A DNA stretch of 64,000 nucleotides from Octopus vulgaris (taxonomy: Eukaryota): positions 147,002,001-147,066,000 of the forward strand of contig OX597818.1 of the NCBI GenBank assembly GCA_951406725.2, given 5' to 3'. Shown here one piece after another: positions 12,146 to 26,010 of the stretch (positions are counted from its first letter, which is position 1; each line of letters begins with the position of its first letter). The notes under the pieces were generated by a model. The model saw only the letters and a program-made list of their open reading frames with translations, did not search any database and was not told the DNA's origin. The position numbers and the translations under genes were made by a program.

Positions 12146-13979
12146 GTAAATAACATTTCCAATATCTATCAATATATTTCTTATGTTTGTATGAAGTGTT
12201 GGTGTTGTTGGGAGCCCATTCAGTTCTGATTGAGCAACTCTTTCTAATGACCACAGATCTTCTAGCACTGATCATTGCATCTTTTTAGAGATATATATAA
12301 GATTGCATTTAGGTTGAAAATTGGAAGAGAGGATCCCTTTCTTTCCACTTGAATATTTTTTATCCTCTTCCTATTCAAGCTACTATACTTTCAAAACATT
12401 CCCCTCCATTGCCAATTTGGTCACCTGGGTAACAGATCTTGCTTATCTGCTACATATAATGTTCTTTATCACTTTACTTGTATATCTCCTGCACTTTTTA
12501 TGCTCATTATAGTTAAACCACACGGAATTCCTACCAACCACTATTTTGCATATCAGATATGGCAACTTCCCAGGTAACATTAGTTCTGTCTTCTTTTGGA
12601 AATGAGTATTAAGGAAAATAGATAAGTGAAACAGCTGAGCTAGAATCAGTCTAGCCATTTTACCTGCCTTCTTTATCTTTAACGGTCATTTCAACCATAT
12701 AAATACCAAATCAATTTTGAGTAGTCTCTCATCAGCAACGCCTTGCAGTAGGCTTTTCATACCTCCTTTCTTCCTGGTATCTGTAAGGGTGAGTGTGCTA
12801 TTATCATTATGAGCACACTTTTTGTCAACAACTCCTAGATTCATACTGAAACATTGCTTTTGAATTCAGAACACCTCACACATCTGATTCTCATATCACA
12901 GAACATTGGCAAATCTTTTACTTACCATTTCTCTCTATGCTATGTAGACTTGACTTCCAACTTTTCTTCTAACTAATCATATCATTCTTTGTTCCATTCT
13001 TTCATTCTTTCAATTCTCATAGGTTTTTACGGCTCTATGTACTATATACACTACCACTATATCTTGCTGGAACTTTGATCTGTGGCCCATAGCAGATTAT
13101 TTCATTGTAACTTCCAGTCGTCTTCAAAATTATAGGGGTTTTTTTTCCCCCATCCTCCTTCTCAACATATGTATCTCTTAATACTGGCTGAGAAGTCTTT
13201 CAACTTCTCCAGGTCATTATGTTTCTCTGAGTCTATCTAGCTTTTATTATAATATCAATAATCACAAAGCTACATTGAGTGATGCATTCTTCATCAGAGA
13301 ATGACTTAATATTCAGTCATTTATCTTTTCCTTTTTTAGTTGCATGTGGTCTGCCTTAACTTCTGCTTTTACCTAAATGGTCAGTGATCAGGTGGCTGGC
13401 CAGTTTCCTGGAGCTGGTGCTGCAAATGGTTAGGGCATTTGTATTACATAATTTCAAGAGTCTCGTTCTCTGTGCATTCCTTGTACCATAACTATAGCAT
13501 CCATGTACACTGGAGCAGCAACATGCTATTGTCCAATATGTAGTAAAGTCCCCAGCCATGCTGCAATAGTTATTTGTTATGAAGGTAGTCTGCAAGATGG
13601 CCTCACAGAAACAGATCCTTGACTCATCTATCAATCTTGACTGTGACACATATATAGAGAATCCTGCTTTTGTCATGTTGTCCATGTCCAGTCCAAATTA
13701 ATTATTTACCACAGACTTTAACTCTCTCTTCTAAAAATCTGTCTAATCTAACAACTCCAAAGTTGTCGCCAAACCAGAAGTTTTAACCCTAATCCATTCT
13801 CATGGATTTAATTCAGGTTCCCTTCCATCTTGCCTCATACACAGCATCCCTGTCCAAGCTTCACAATTGGTGGTAGGTTGTAATTAGCTAATGTAACATT
13901 TTATTTGAAAAACACGAATTAAGTTTTGAATAAATTTACATTTCAATTAAAATTTTCATTTTCTTTTTTCAATTTTCAG

Positions 13980-14110
13980 TGTTAAGTGTTGGAGCATTTG
14001 AACGCCTTTTGGGCCCTTGTATGGAAATTATGAAGAGAAACATAGAAACTTATGAAGAACAACTCATTAATATATTTGGATCTGAAAACAATATCTCTGA
14101 CCTTCGGTGA
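13980..14110 (+). CDS. PRKAR2: PKA-RII terminal coding exon: (V)[42 protein letters not shown]
   Basis: Acceptor aattttcag|TG; stop TGA at 14108-14110. [21 protein letters not shown] is characteristic of RII subunits. Confidence 0.95.
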
Positions 14111-15059
14111 ACTTTATTCCTGTTAATATATTTCCATTCATACCAACATATCTTTCTTCCCCTCTCTCCCTCCCTCCCTCCCTCCCTTTTTCAGTACACC
14201 TCCTTTCTAACATTACCAGTTCACTCTACAAACCACTTCCTTGATCTTCACCCACCTCCCTACTTACTTGTTAACCCACCAGTGCCAAGATAAATGATAA
14301 CCATTCCCTGATTCCTGTCATGACGTGAGTGAAGTAATACCTGTGTTAGCATCTATCAAAACAACCAATCAATAGTGAATGTTTCTGAATGGTCTGCAGT
14401 TAAATGTTGCTTTGAAATCCCACTTGTATGCATGTGTGTATGTGGTTTACTTATTTGGTACATGTGTGTATATATGGTGAACTTCGTGTGAGGGCATGTA
14501 TGCTGAACGTTGTACTTCTCTCTTCTTCCTCATCCAATAAAAGACTAACCAACCTTCATTCAAATCTGGTCCCTCAACCAATTAACCATGCTGTAATTTA
14601 ACAAAAAAAAACAAATTTAAAAAAGGTTGTTTCATCCTCTCTTTCTCTCTCCTCTCTCTTTCTCTCTCTTTTTCTCTTTCTCTCTCTCTTTCTCTCTCTT
14701 TCTCTCTCCTCTCTCTTTCTCTCTCTTTTTCTCTTTCTCTCTCTCTATCTTTTTTTTCTGTTTTCTAAAATTAAAAAAATAATCTTTCAGACATAATATT
14801 CAACATTGAATGATGTTTGCTCTATTTCCACTCCGGCTGCCACTGCTGTTCCTGCCTGTTAGAATTCACAGAGAAACTGAACGTTGGACAAAAATATTCT
14901 TGGTGATCTCCAAAACAGATATTTTATACTGTCATGTATATGTGGTGCAGACTTTAACAAGTGTAGATGTGCATAAAAATTGGAAAAAAATTACTCAAAC
15001 TAATCCCTTGTTTCTTACTGCCTTCATTTCTTTTTTTTTTTCTATTACTTCATATATGC

Positions 15060-15119
<60 letters not shown>

Positions 15120-15189
15120 TGGCATCAGTGGTGTAACATTATATATATATATAAAATATATTGTTTTCATTAATGGATGTGCATGTATA

Positions 15190-15235
<46 letters not shown>

Positions 15236-17071
15236 ATCTAGAATATTAAATATATATATATATCCAGATAAATACATTTTATATATATATATATATATAT
15301 AAAATCTGTTTATGATTAGAATATATATATATTTGTTATATCTTACGTATGTCATAAATAGATATGTTTTGTTTATTGTATACAAATATACAAATATATA
15401 TATATATATATATATTAAATATAACATATATATATATATAAAATCAGAGAGAGTAGAGCCATGTAAATGTGGATTTCAAATGCTTGTATTCAAAAGCAAA
15501 ACATATCAGGAAGATTAAAGTGCAATAATAGCTAGAGCACCTCTGAGTGTGTGAGAGTGGGAAAGAGAAAAATTAAGAGTAAATATTTTTTGCTTTGTTT
15601 CCTACCATCTATATTAAAGCTTCAAGTTATAATTTTTAAAATACAACTTTATTATTACAAAGTCTGGCAAAGAAAATTATTGTGTAATTACTATATAAAG
15701 TTAATAATAATTATAATAATCAAACAAGGACAACAAGTGAATAGCAATAGTAGTTGAGTAAACTAAATCAACTTTCTTTCTGTGTTTAGTTTCTCATAAC
15801 TCTGCCTTCATTGCTTGTATCTATGTCACCATCATTAACTTTGCTTTTTAAATTTTGGAAAATCAATTGAATAAAGTACCAGCAATCTTCTCAGAACAAT
15901 GCAATCAGAATATGTCTTCATCCTTGCAAATTAAGAATCCGATTTTTAATATAGTTAGTTCAATCAAATTAATATTTTTTGTAGAAAATATCCCACAGAG
16001 GAAATCAGAAGAAAAAAAATCAGTAAGATTCATAAGAGTATTTTTTCTAATCTATAGCTTTCTGAAACCCTCTATCTAATCTTTGGATTATCTTATAGAT
16101 AAACTGTTTCAATATTACCTATCAACAAAGCTGTGCTATGACCAAGACAGACAAAAGCTGGGCAGGAACTGTTATATATTGAGTTGGATACTTTACAGTT
16201 CATCTCTTATTCAACAAACTTATAACTGTATTTAGTTCCAGTCCTTACTCTTCCAGTTTCAAATCTAACCAGGGATCGATATTTGCCTTTATTCCTCTAG
16301 CATAGGGATGAGTCAAAGAAATAATAATACTAATTATTATGATACCAGTCACAAGTGCTATACTAGATCAATGCACTCAACTGCAGTCACCACTTTTCTA
16401 CAATAAAATTGCTTTATATTTAATCCACAGAAATCAATATTAAAAAATATATATATATAGAAAAGGGAGAGAAATCATTACATCATGCTATTGAAACATA
16501 CATTCCACCATTTCTAGACAGAATCCCTAAAAGACAATCACCAGTGCAGAATTTTGAAAGGGAACTATCTGAAATTAGGAAAGTGTTAGGTAAATATTTT
16601 CAAAGTCCTTAGTTAATATTAACTTTATAATCAAAACATAAGTATCAATTTCCTTTTCTTTTATCATACCTCCACAAAACAAAAGAATTTATGTAACCAA
16701 TAAAACATTGGAAATTTTTTATCAAGTAAGATTTAAATTTGTGCCAAATTCTTGGCAGAAAAGTTTTTAGTAACTTTTGTGCCATTCTCACTTTTTCACA
16801 AAGAGCAACATTTTGAAGAATAATATTTCTTGATTCTCTTTTAATGAATACATGTCAAATGAAATATGATAATGAATTTGTTCAGTTATTAAAAGGTTAA
16901 TTATCTGGATTGTGCTCAGCTGTGCCTTTTTTTTTCTTTTTTGGTGGGGGATAAATTTTATTATTGTAATGTATGAAGTTTAAATGTTTAATTTTTATTA
17001 GGCAATTCTATATAGATTAATGAAAATAAGATTAAATAAAGAAGTATATAATAATATATATTCTATAGGTG

Positions 17072-17111
<40 letters not shown>

Positions 17112-17368
17112 TTGTCTATGTCTTTGTGTATGTAAGTGACATTGTGTGTATAATCATTTGTTTCTTCAGATATGTTAAGGTTATTTATTATTTTATGTTA
17201 TGTAACATTTGTTATATATATAATAAATAGATATATTTAAAGAAACAAATGATACCTGTTATATATATGTACATATATTTTATATCTATATTATGTATAT
17301 ATCATGACAACACATATATATACACACAACATATATTAAATATATATTAAATCATATACAATATGATT

Positions 17369-17420
<52 letters not shown>

Positions 17421-18147
17421 CCCACATACACACACATGCACACACGTGTGTATAGGTGAGTGTTAGTTATTTACAGCATTGATGTGATGTCATTTCTATT
17501 GTCAACTCAAACCATTTCCTTTTTTTTACAATAAATACTGTTAAATGGTCTGAATATTACTCAATATCACCATTCTTCATCTAAATTAGCAGCTTAGAAC
17601 TGAAACTAAAACCAATATGTGCATGTATATCTGAGTTAGTTTATCCTAGTTTATTAATAATAGTTTTCCTTATATGCATATATATGTATGTGTGTGTCTG
17701 TGTATGTATATGTGTGTGTGTGTGAGAGAGAGTGTGTATATATGTGTGTGTATTGTGAAAGAGTGAGAAAAAGAGATGTGACAGCTGAACCTTAATGAGT
17801 CCAGTGATTAAATAATGAATTAATTAAACTAAGGTTTATGTTACATGCTTTATACATATCTAATTATGGATTACCAATGATGATTTATTAATTAGTCTGC
17901 AGATTTAAGCAGATCTTTCAGAAAAAAGTGTCAATTTGAATTTTGAGTTAAACCTTCTGTTATTGATTTTCTTTTGGTTTTTATTTTGATTGATTTATTT
18001 TTATTTTTTGAGTTTTGTTCTCTTTTTTTGGGTTTTTATTTTATTTTATTTATTCATTCATTTAGCATAAAATATTTACAGAAACTAGTTTACACATAAT
18101 CATGATTTTATAAAACCCAAGAGTTAATGATAATAATAAAGATTATT

Positions 18148-18181
<34 letters not shown>

Positions 18182-18559
18182 TTCATTGTTCTTCCTCCAC
18201 TCCAACACTTCGAAAATACATTTTTTTTGTCTGTTTTTTAATAAGAAATTTAAATTTTAAATACATTCCAGATTTAGACATTCCTATACTTTCTAAATCT
18301 TTTAATAAGATTCTAAAATAAATAAAAAAAGAGAGAATTTTCAATAAAACTCACCATTCCATCCTTATAGAGTTTCTTACTGCCTGTTCCACCAATCTGA
18401 CTTCTATTTTTAATATATTTTGGAATAAAGCTTTTATCAATATCATTTTTGTAAAACCCAAAATGATATATATGTCTATGTGTATGCATATGTGTATATA
18501 TATATATATATATATATTTATACACATATGCATACACATATATACACACACATACATAA

Positions 18560-18607
<48 letters not shown>

Positions 18608-18850
18608 AAATACATGGACATATATACATGTGGCCTATGTTTGTGTATATATGTGTATATATAAATATATATATACATATATGAATACATATGTACAAAC
18701 ATATTATATGTGTATGTGTGTATATAATGTATATGTAATATTAAAAATCTGTGAGAATTTTAACCTTGTGCTCTTTTAATATGAGCAAGTAAAGCTTGTT
18801 TGACTGTCAGCTTCAGTTGTAATAAAACCAAAAAAATACTTCGTTTCATC
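14111..18850 (+). other. Probable long 3' UTR of the PKA-RII gene
   Basis: About 4.7 kb after the stop with no recognisable SINE/LINE. Several AATAAA sites, including 18821-18826 followed by T/GT-rich sequence. The 3' end is inferred. Confidence 0.45.
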
Positions 18851-19061
18851 ATGTTATATTTATTTTATTTTTTATTTCTTTGTATGTGTATTCACTGAAC
18901 TATTTATCAAAAGTGCCTGTTTATTATCATATCTGTGTACCTTAATGATGAAGACAGGCTGGTTTAAATATTTCAATATCAGCATATTGATAATAAATGA
19001 ATTGTCAATATTCAACTGAAATCTCTTTTTTTTTTTTTTCTGTTATATACTTTTGGAAAGT

Positions 19062-19625
19062 ACAGATGTAGTTGTGTGGTTAAGAAATTTGCTTCCCAAT
19101 CACATGGCTCTAGGTTTCAGTCCCACTGCATGGCACCTTTGGCAAACATCTTCAACATAGGCGTAGGAGTGGCTTGCTTACCAACCACATCGTTCCGGGT
19201 TCAGTCCCACTGCATGGCACCTTTGGCAAACATCTTCAACATAGGCGTAGGAGTGGCTTGCTTACAAACCACATCGTTCCAGGTTCAGTCCCACTGCATG
19301 GCACCTTGGGCAAGTGTCTTCTACTATAGCCTCGGGCTGACCAAATCCTTGTGAGTGGATTTGGTAGACAGAAACTGAAAGAAACCCGTTGTATATATTA
19401 TGTATATATATATATGTGTATGTGTGTGTTTGTTTGTCTATGTTTGTCCCCCACAACATCGCTTGACAACCGATGCAGGTGTGTTTACATCCCCGTAACT
19501 TAGTGGTTCAGCAAAAGAGACCGATAGAATAAGTACTAGGCTTACAACGAATAAGTCCTGGGGTTAATTTGCTCAACTAACGGCAGTGTATATGGCCACA
19601 GTCAAATGACTGAAACAAGTAAAAG
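19062..19625 (+). mobile_element. SINE family 1 with a tandemly repeated 84-bp head
   Basis: tcagtcccactgcatggcacc at 19117, 19201 and 19285, followed by a full SINE body. Confidence 0.85.
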
Positions 19626-21717
19626 TGTATAGCCCCAGATCAAACAAAACTTTGTGAGAGAATTTAGTAGACTGAAACTGACATCACTTCATTGTTATAA
19701 ATGAATGATATTCACTTGCAGTATTCTGCAAAAACATGTCTGGCCATGGGGAAACATTGCCTTGCTTGGAAACAGCTAAGCGTTGATGACAGGAAGGGCA
19801 TTCAGCCATAGAAAATCTGCCTCAATAAATTCTGACCAATTCATGCAAGCATAGAAAAATGAATAATAAAATGAAGAGGAGCGGAGCAAAACGTATGAGA
19901 TACCTGTGTATGTATGTTCATTCATTTAACATCAGTTTTGCCCTGCAAGCATAGGTTTGGATGAGTAGTTATTTCAGATGGAATCTTATGACCAGACACT
20001 CTTTCTGTTACCAACACTTGCCTGTTTTCAAGTAAGAGACACTTTATTCCAGATATCTTGAAAAGCACAGGGTGATTAAACAAAATGCCAACAAGAATGT
20101 CAATATCACTACTTCTCTCAGCTGGGAGCAAGCAAGGAAAATTATCCTTTGTTGCACCTTCATGCACAAGTGCGCGAACACACACACACACACGTGTGTG
20201 TGTGTGTGTGTGAAATTTCTTTCAGATTCCAACTACCAAATCTACTCACAAAACTTTGTTTGGCCCAGAGCTATAGCAGACACTAAGGTTCCACAGAGTG
20301 GGACTAAATCTGGAACCAGATGGGTAGGAAGCAAACTTCTCAACCATACCATACTATATATAGATATATATGATGGGCTTGTTGCAGTTTCTGTCCACCA
20401 AATTTCCTCACAAGGCATTGGTTAGCCTGGGTCTGTAGTAGATGCCCAAGGTGGTGGCATGCACTGGAGCCAAACCTGAAATTACATTGTTGGGAAGTGA
20501 ACTACTAACTTAACCAAACATCCCGCCTTGCCTCCATGTGTGTGTGTGTGTGTGTAGTTTTTTATTCACTTGCTGAAATGTCTGAGGAAAACCTTTGAAA
20601 AGTCAGGTCAACCAATTCCTTATAAGTGAATTTGGTGAGCAGAAATTGTGTGGAAGCTTGTTTTGTGTGTGTGTGTGTGTGCAGTATTGTGTTTGTCTTT
20701 TGTGCTATCCTGTCTTTATGTTAACACCATTTGGCTGGTATTGATTTATTTACCTCTGTATAACTTAATGGTTTGACACAAAAGAAACTTAAAAATTAAG
20801 TATGAGTCTTAAACTTTTTGAGTGCTCCTGCATGGCCACAGTTCAATGACTGGAATCATGAAAGCAAATCGATTGATTTGAAATTAATCATATGTGATAA
20901 GTTTAAGAGAAGTGTAGAACCAGATATGACTGAGCAGATATGTTATGGAATTACTGGTGGTATTTTACTGTACATTTAAGGCATCACAATTCTCCATATT
21001 TCGTAGCCTTAACATATGGGAAATACAGACGAGATCAAGTTGGACTGATTATGTTCATACATCAATTTGCTACCCAGGAAGTTAAAGCACTAACCTTAAG
21101 TGGTTCTTGGTGTTGAAAACATGTTTGAGTGTTTTTTTTTTTTTATGGCTTGGTCAAAAGAGAAAGCATTTATAGGAAAATACATAAATTAAAAGAAAAT
21201 GAATCCCACCAAATATAGTGGATTGAAGTTCTGGAAAGGATTGGGAAGTGACACACAACAAGAGATAAGAGACTGGAGAATTGGGTAAAGAGGGTATACA
21301 TCTTATTTCAGCATAGCAGAGGTTATTGTGTCCTTGTAGTGAAGGCAGAGGGGGAAAAATAGCTTGTGACTGTAGCATATCTGTCAATCTTAGTTAATCA
21401 ATCAGATGTTGTCTCTAAGATGCTGTGAAGAAACATAGACTGATGAGAATGGGGATTGCTGATGATTGTTTCTATCACTTGAAATGTTAGGAGAACAAAT
21501 GTTAGTACAATCAGAGATGTTGGAGGGGGGATATAATCTACTGTGTTTCCATATAGTGGGCTGAGATGAAATAGCCTGGTGAGATTATGAGCTAATGAAC
21601 ACACAATCTGAAGGCAATGGAAGAGATATTGTATCGGGTAAGTTGTCTTGTGGGATTCAAACACCCAAAGAAGTTTTTGCATGTGAATCAAGTGGTGAGG
21701 AAATGGTGTATTTTTTG

Positions 21718-21990
21718 CAGTAGTTCCCGAACTTTTTCAGGTTGCCATCCCCTTGGCACCTAAGCCACATTCCTAACGCCCCACCCCCTTAACCACCATG
21801 AACGTAGATCACTTTCTGCATCAAATTCAAAACAACTGTATTTCACAATTAAAACTTAACCATTATTTTGGTTTCTTTTACATCCTCACCCACTTTTGGC
21901 CTTCCCATTATCACTCTTCTTTTCTTCAACAACCCCTGAATCTTTCCACTGCCCCCAAGGGGTCAGTACCGTCCACTTTGGGAACCACTG
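21718..21990. mobile_element. hAT/Charlie-like MITE
   Basis: Terminal inverted repeats (TIRs) cagtagttcccgaac / ctttgggaaccactg. Confidence 0.55.
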
Positions 21991-22576
21991 CTTTAGCAGT
22001 TAAACCAATCGTATCCAGCCATAATATTCTACCAGTTTTATGTTCAAATCAGTTAGATTCTACTTCTCACACCTACTCTATAATGTTATTCTAAAACTAA
22101 GCAATCACATCATCAAAATCTCAAAGCAACAGGTTAATGTACGATCAATTCAAAACAATGTGAATAAATATTACATTTGACAGAGAAATCTGAATGCTAA
22201 AGGGTTAAAGTCCTGAGTTTCAGAAATGGAGTGAATGGAAATGTCTCCATTTTCTCAGTTGGTTTTTTGTTTATGGTACATTTTAATTGAAGAGTGGTAT
22301 GTAACAGGATTCCACAAAGTTGATCGGTACCTTTTGTCAAAGGACCAGAAAGACCAGTATAAGAGCTGATAAAGTTTGCTGACTGTGTGGAACCATTTTT
22401 CTGTCTTCGAATAGTTGGCTTTGAGGATCTTGATGGAAGTGAATGACTTCATGGTGGTGTCATATGCAAATAATGATTTTGATCAGTGCGGCAGATTTGG
22501 AAGGATCTGAGGAGATGAGTTTCAGATTAGAAAGTCGATTGGATATAAGTAAGAAATTATTAGAAACAAACAACTC

Positions 22577-22740
22577 TCGGAGTGGTTGGCGTTAGGAAGG
22601 GCATCCAGCTGTAGAAAGTCTGCCAGATCAAGATTGGAGCCTGGTGCAGCCATCTGGTTCGCCAGCCCTCAGTCAAAATCGTCCAACCCATGCTAGCATG
22701 GAAAGCGGACGTTAAATGATGATGATGATGATGATGATGA
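22577..22740 (+). mobile_element. RTE-type 3' tail with (GAT)n end; other copies at 582-685(-), 2990-3150, 55745-55915, 56440-56598 and 61785-62020(-)
   Basis: ggagtggttggcgttaggaagggcatccagc...ccaacccatgctagcatggaaagcggacgttaaatgatgatg; joined to RTE RT sequence at 62468-63490. Confidence 0.8.
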
Positions 22741-23877
22741 AACAACTGATATTGATTGTCTGCTGTCTCATAGATCAAAAGTGGCCTGGCTGCTGCTGGT
22801 CAGAGAGCATCTCTCTTTCTCGCTTCAATTAAGGCCTGTCATCGTGCAACAACACACTTCTTACACTTTCAACTTGACTAACCTTTTTCTTTCTGCTAGT
22901 AGTCACTCACAGATGAATTTACTATCTACACAATGGACAACAAATAACTTGTGTACATAAACAACTTGAAGTATTTGTCGTCTACATTGTAAAGACAATA
23001 ACAACAATATAAGAGACCATTTCAACTAACAACATCTTCTGTCATTTATTAGGTCTATATTAACATTATACATGATGATTATAATTGGTAACCTCCGATG
23101 TTCATAAACTGTTAATATCGAATCTCACATTTAGCCGTTACAAATTGGTGACCAACATTTATAGATCATTACACATAAATTTCACTGACTGAAAGTAGTG
23201 GAAATTATATCAAACTCTTCTAGGAACTCTCCAGAGATAGCTGTGACTATTATGCTACCAACACTACCTCAGAAGACCTATTGCATGGAGATAAACAATT
23301 AAATTTTGAATATTTTTCTTATTTCTATATACGCCATGCACATTGTTCCATATGCAGTTGAAAGTTCTAGCAGTATTCACTAGCATCTTCGGCTTCATAA
23401 AAGATGGTTCCATAAACTGACTTGGTTCAGCTGGAAGCAGTTGATGTCTCTGAAGAGAAACTTCAGATCAATATGTCAGTAGGTGTTACTGCAATGTTAG
23501 ATAGCTAGTGTGTTGATAAGTGTTGTTACTAACGTGTGTGTGTGTGTGTGTGCTTTGTATTATCTTGATTGAGGAAGAAATATGCTGAGAGAGTGGCTAT
23601 ATAGCCACTAAAACCATCAAAACTCCATTACTCCTTTGCCTTTGAAGGCAGACTTATACTTATAATAACATCAAAAGAGATGAAGACATTGGATTTTTTT
23701 AAATTTCTTCTCACCATCAGAATTTTTTCAAATGTTCAACACAGATGTAATTTTGCCTGCTTATGATGAAAATCATGTTCATTTTATCCAGAAATTGACA
23801 AGCGATGCCTCAGCATGGCCTCCAGTCAAATGATTGAAACAAGTAAACGAATAAAGTAAAAAAGTTAATAATTAACT

Positions 23878-24580
23878 TACAAGCCTTTGAAATTATGAGA
23901 TTTTAGCTAATTGAAAGCCTTCATCACTGACATACTAGATGTCGCAATTGTCTGTTTCCATGGGAACAGCATTAGCATCATCACTCTTCCTCTTATGTCT
24001 GTGATTATTTTTTATTCCTTGGTGAAAACAAACCACAGTCTGTTGTGTGTGTGTATGTATGTGTGTGTATGTGGAGAGAGAGAAAGAGAGGGAAAAGGTA
24101 GGAGTCAGTAGCAGTATGGTTGTTGATTACAACAATTATCTGAGGTATATGCAAAGGATTTACTCTGCAACCCATTAAACATTGATCGTCCAGGTAGAAT
24201 TGTAAAAATTTATGAGACAGCGTTTTCAAAGCAAAAGTATAACAAAAGTAGAATGTTGCCTGAACTGGGATTTTCAATGGTGTGTCATGAGACATGAGAG
24301 TTATTTCTTTACACTTTGCTTTCTCAGGATTGAGAAGATGCAATACAGAGCATTCAACAATCGATTCTGTTGTCCAGCAGCAAGCATAATTGGATGTTCC
24401 AGAGATACTAGTCTACCAAATTCTGCATGGTGAACCGCAACATTAAGTTTAATTGTATTTCATTAAATGGTAACGATAATGCAAAGGCTTGTTTCCATGG
24501 AAGCAAACAATTGTGACTTCTGATATGTCAGCAATGGAAGCTTCTGGTTGACTAAAATCACAAGCTTCAAAATCTTGCAG
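23878..24580. mobile_element. Old MITE-like element with decayed ~110-bp inverted ends
   Basis: ctgacatactagatgtcgcaattgtctgtttccatgg versus ccatggaagcaaacaattgtgacttctgatatgtcag. Confidence 0.55.
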
Positions 24581-25939
24581 CTTTTCTATAAGTGATCTTT
24601 AGAAAACACAAAGTAATTTTCTTCATTAGCATGCAAAACTACTTCAGTGTAGAAAATTTGGAAAGAAATCTGATTTGGGGAAGAAATCTAAAAAGATCCC
24701 AATGTAGTAATAGATACAAAAAGATGAGATGGTCTTGGACAGGGTGTCCCACTTGATTAGGGTTGGTAGGTGAGGTAAAAATAACAATGATATATTATAA
24801 ACGGTCAGAATACTATAATATTATATACAATAAACAGACACTATTGTTGATGACATAAGAATGTATACACTTTCGGGAGAACATGGAAAAATTCTTTTTT
24901 GAAACTGGATCTTGAAGTTCACATGAAGCTATAAACAAAAGCTTGTAAATATTGGGTTGGAAAACTCTTTTAGATAGAAAAAGACGAAGGCTGCCCACAT
25001 GATTCAAATCTACATCTTCTGTTGACATAAGATGCATTCTTTCATTGTACCAAAGCAATCCTTCGAATTTCTATAGTTCTTTTAGAAACTTTCTTCTTAC
25101 CAACCAGAATTGCATACTGTTGACCTTATATGGATTTACAAACTTTCAAAAGAGCATGAAATAATTTATTTTAGAATTGGATCATGAAGTACATATAAAG
25201 GTGTTCTACCATGATACCAAAGCAACCCTTTGAATTTCTCTATCCATTTTAGGAACTTTATTCTTACATTCTACTATTATACCATTGCTTTGGTCCAATG
25301 GTAGAATGCCTGTAATGCCTAAAGGAGACGTAGGTATGAATGCCAGGGAAGGCTTCAACTTTTTCTGTCCAAAAGAGCTTTTCAACTGAATATTAACAAG
25401 ATATTATATGTAGCTTTTTATGTACATCAAGATCTTATTCCAGACAAAGAAGATGAACTGTATTTTGGATGCTACGTTCTTCTAAGATGCAGCTTTATTC
25501 AACCCTCGAACATCATCACCTTTACATCTGAATGAACTCTTCTCCTTCTCCCTATTTCCATTCCATCGAATCTGTTGTTATGTGTGTACTCTATGTAGAA
25601 TTCTTCTCCAAGGGCCTTTTGGTTTTTTTACCTTTATTTTAATTTTATTCCTGCAACAATAAATTTCATTTCTATCTAATTTTCAATATCACTTTGTATG
25701 TATGTACAAGTGAGAACATGCGAACTAGTAACATTATTCCTGCGTACGTGTAGTCCTGTGTATTTATTTATATGTGTGTCTCTGTTCCTATCAACCAAAT
25801 GAGTGCTTGTTTATGTACTGACATGTGTGTAAATACTGTTTTTGACAAGCTTCCAATAGCGGTCACTGACCTAGACAACAAAACATCCTCCCACTTAAAC
25901 TTTCTTACATTGTTCCTTCCACTTCTAACCTTATCACTT

Positions 25940-26010
<71 letters not shown>

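Noticed and set aside
25281-25355. tRNA-like sequence (ggtccaatggtagaatg...)
   Set aside because: No intact T-arm or acceptor stem; at best a decayed SINE head.
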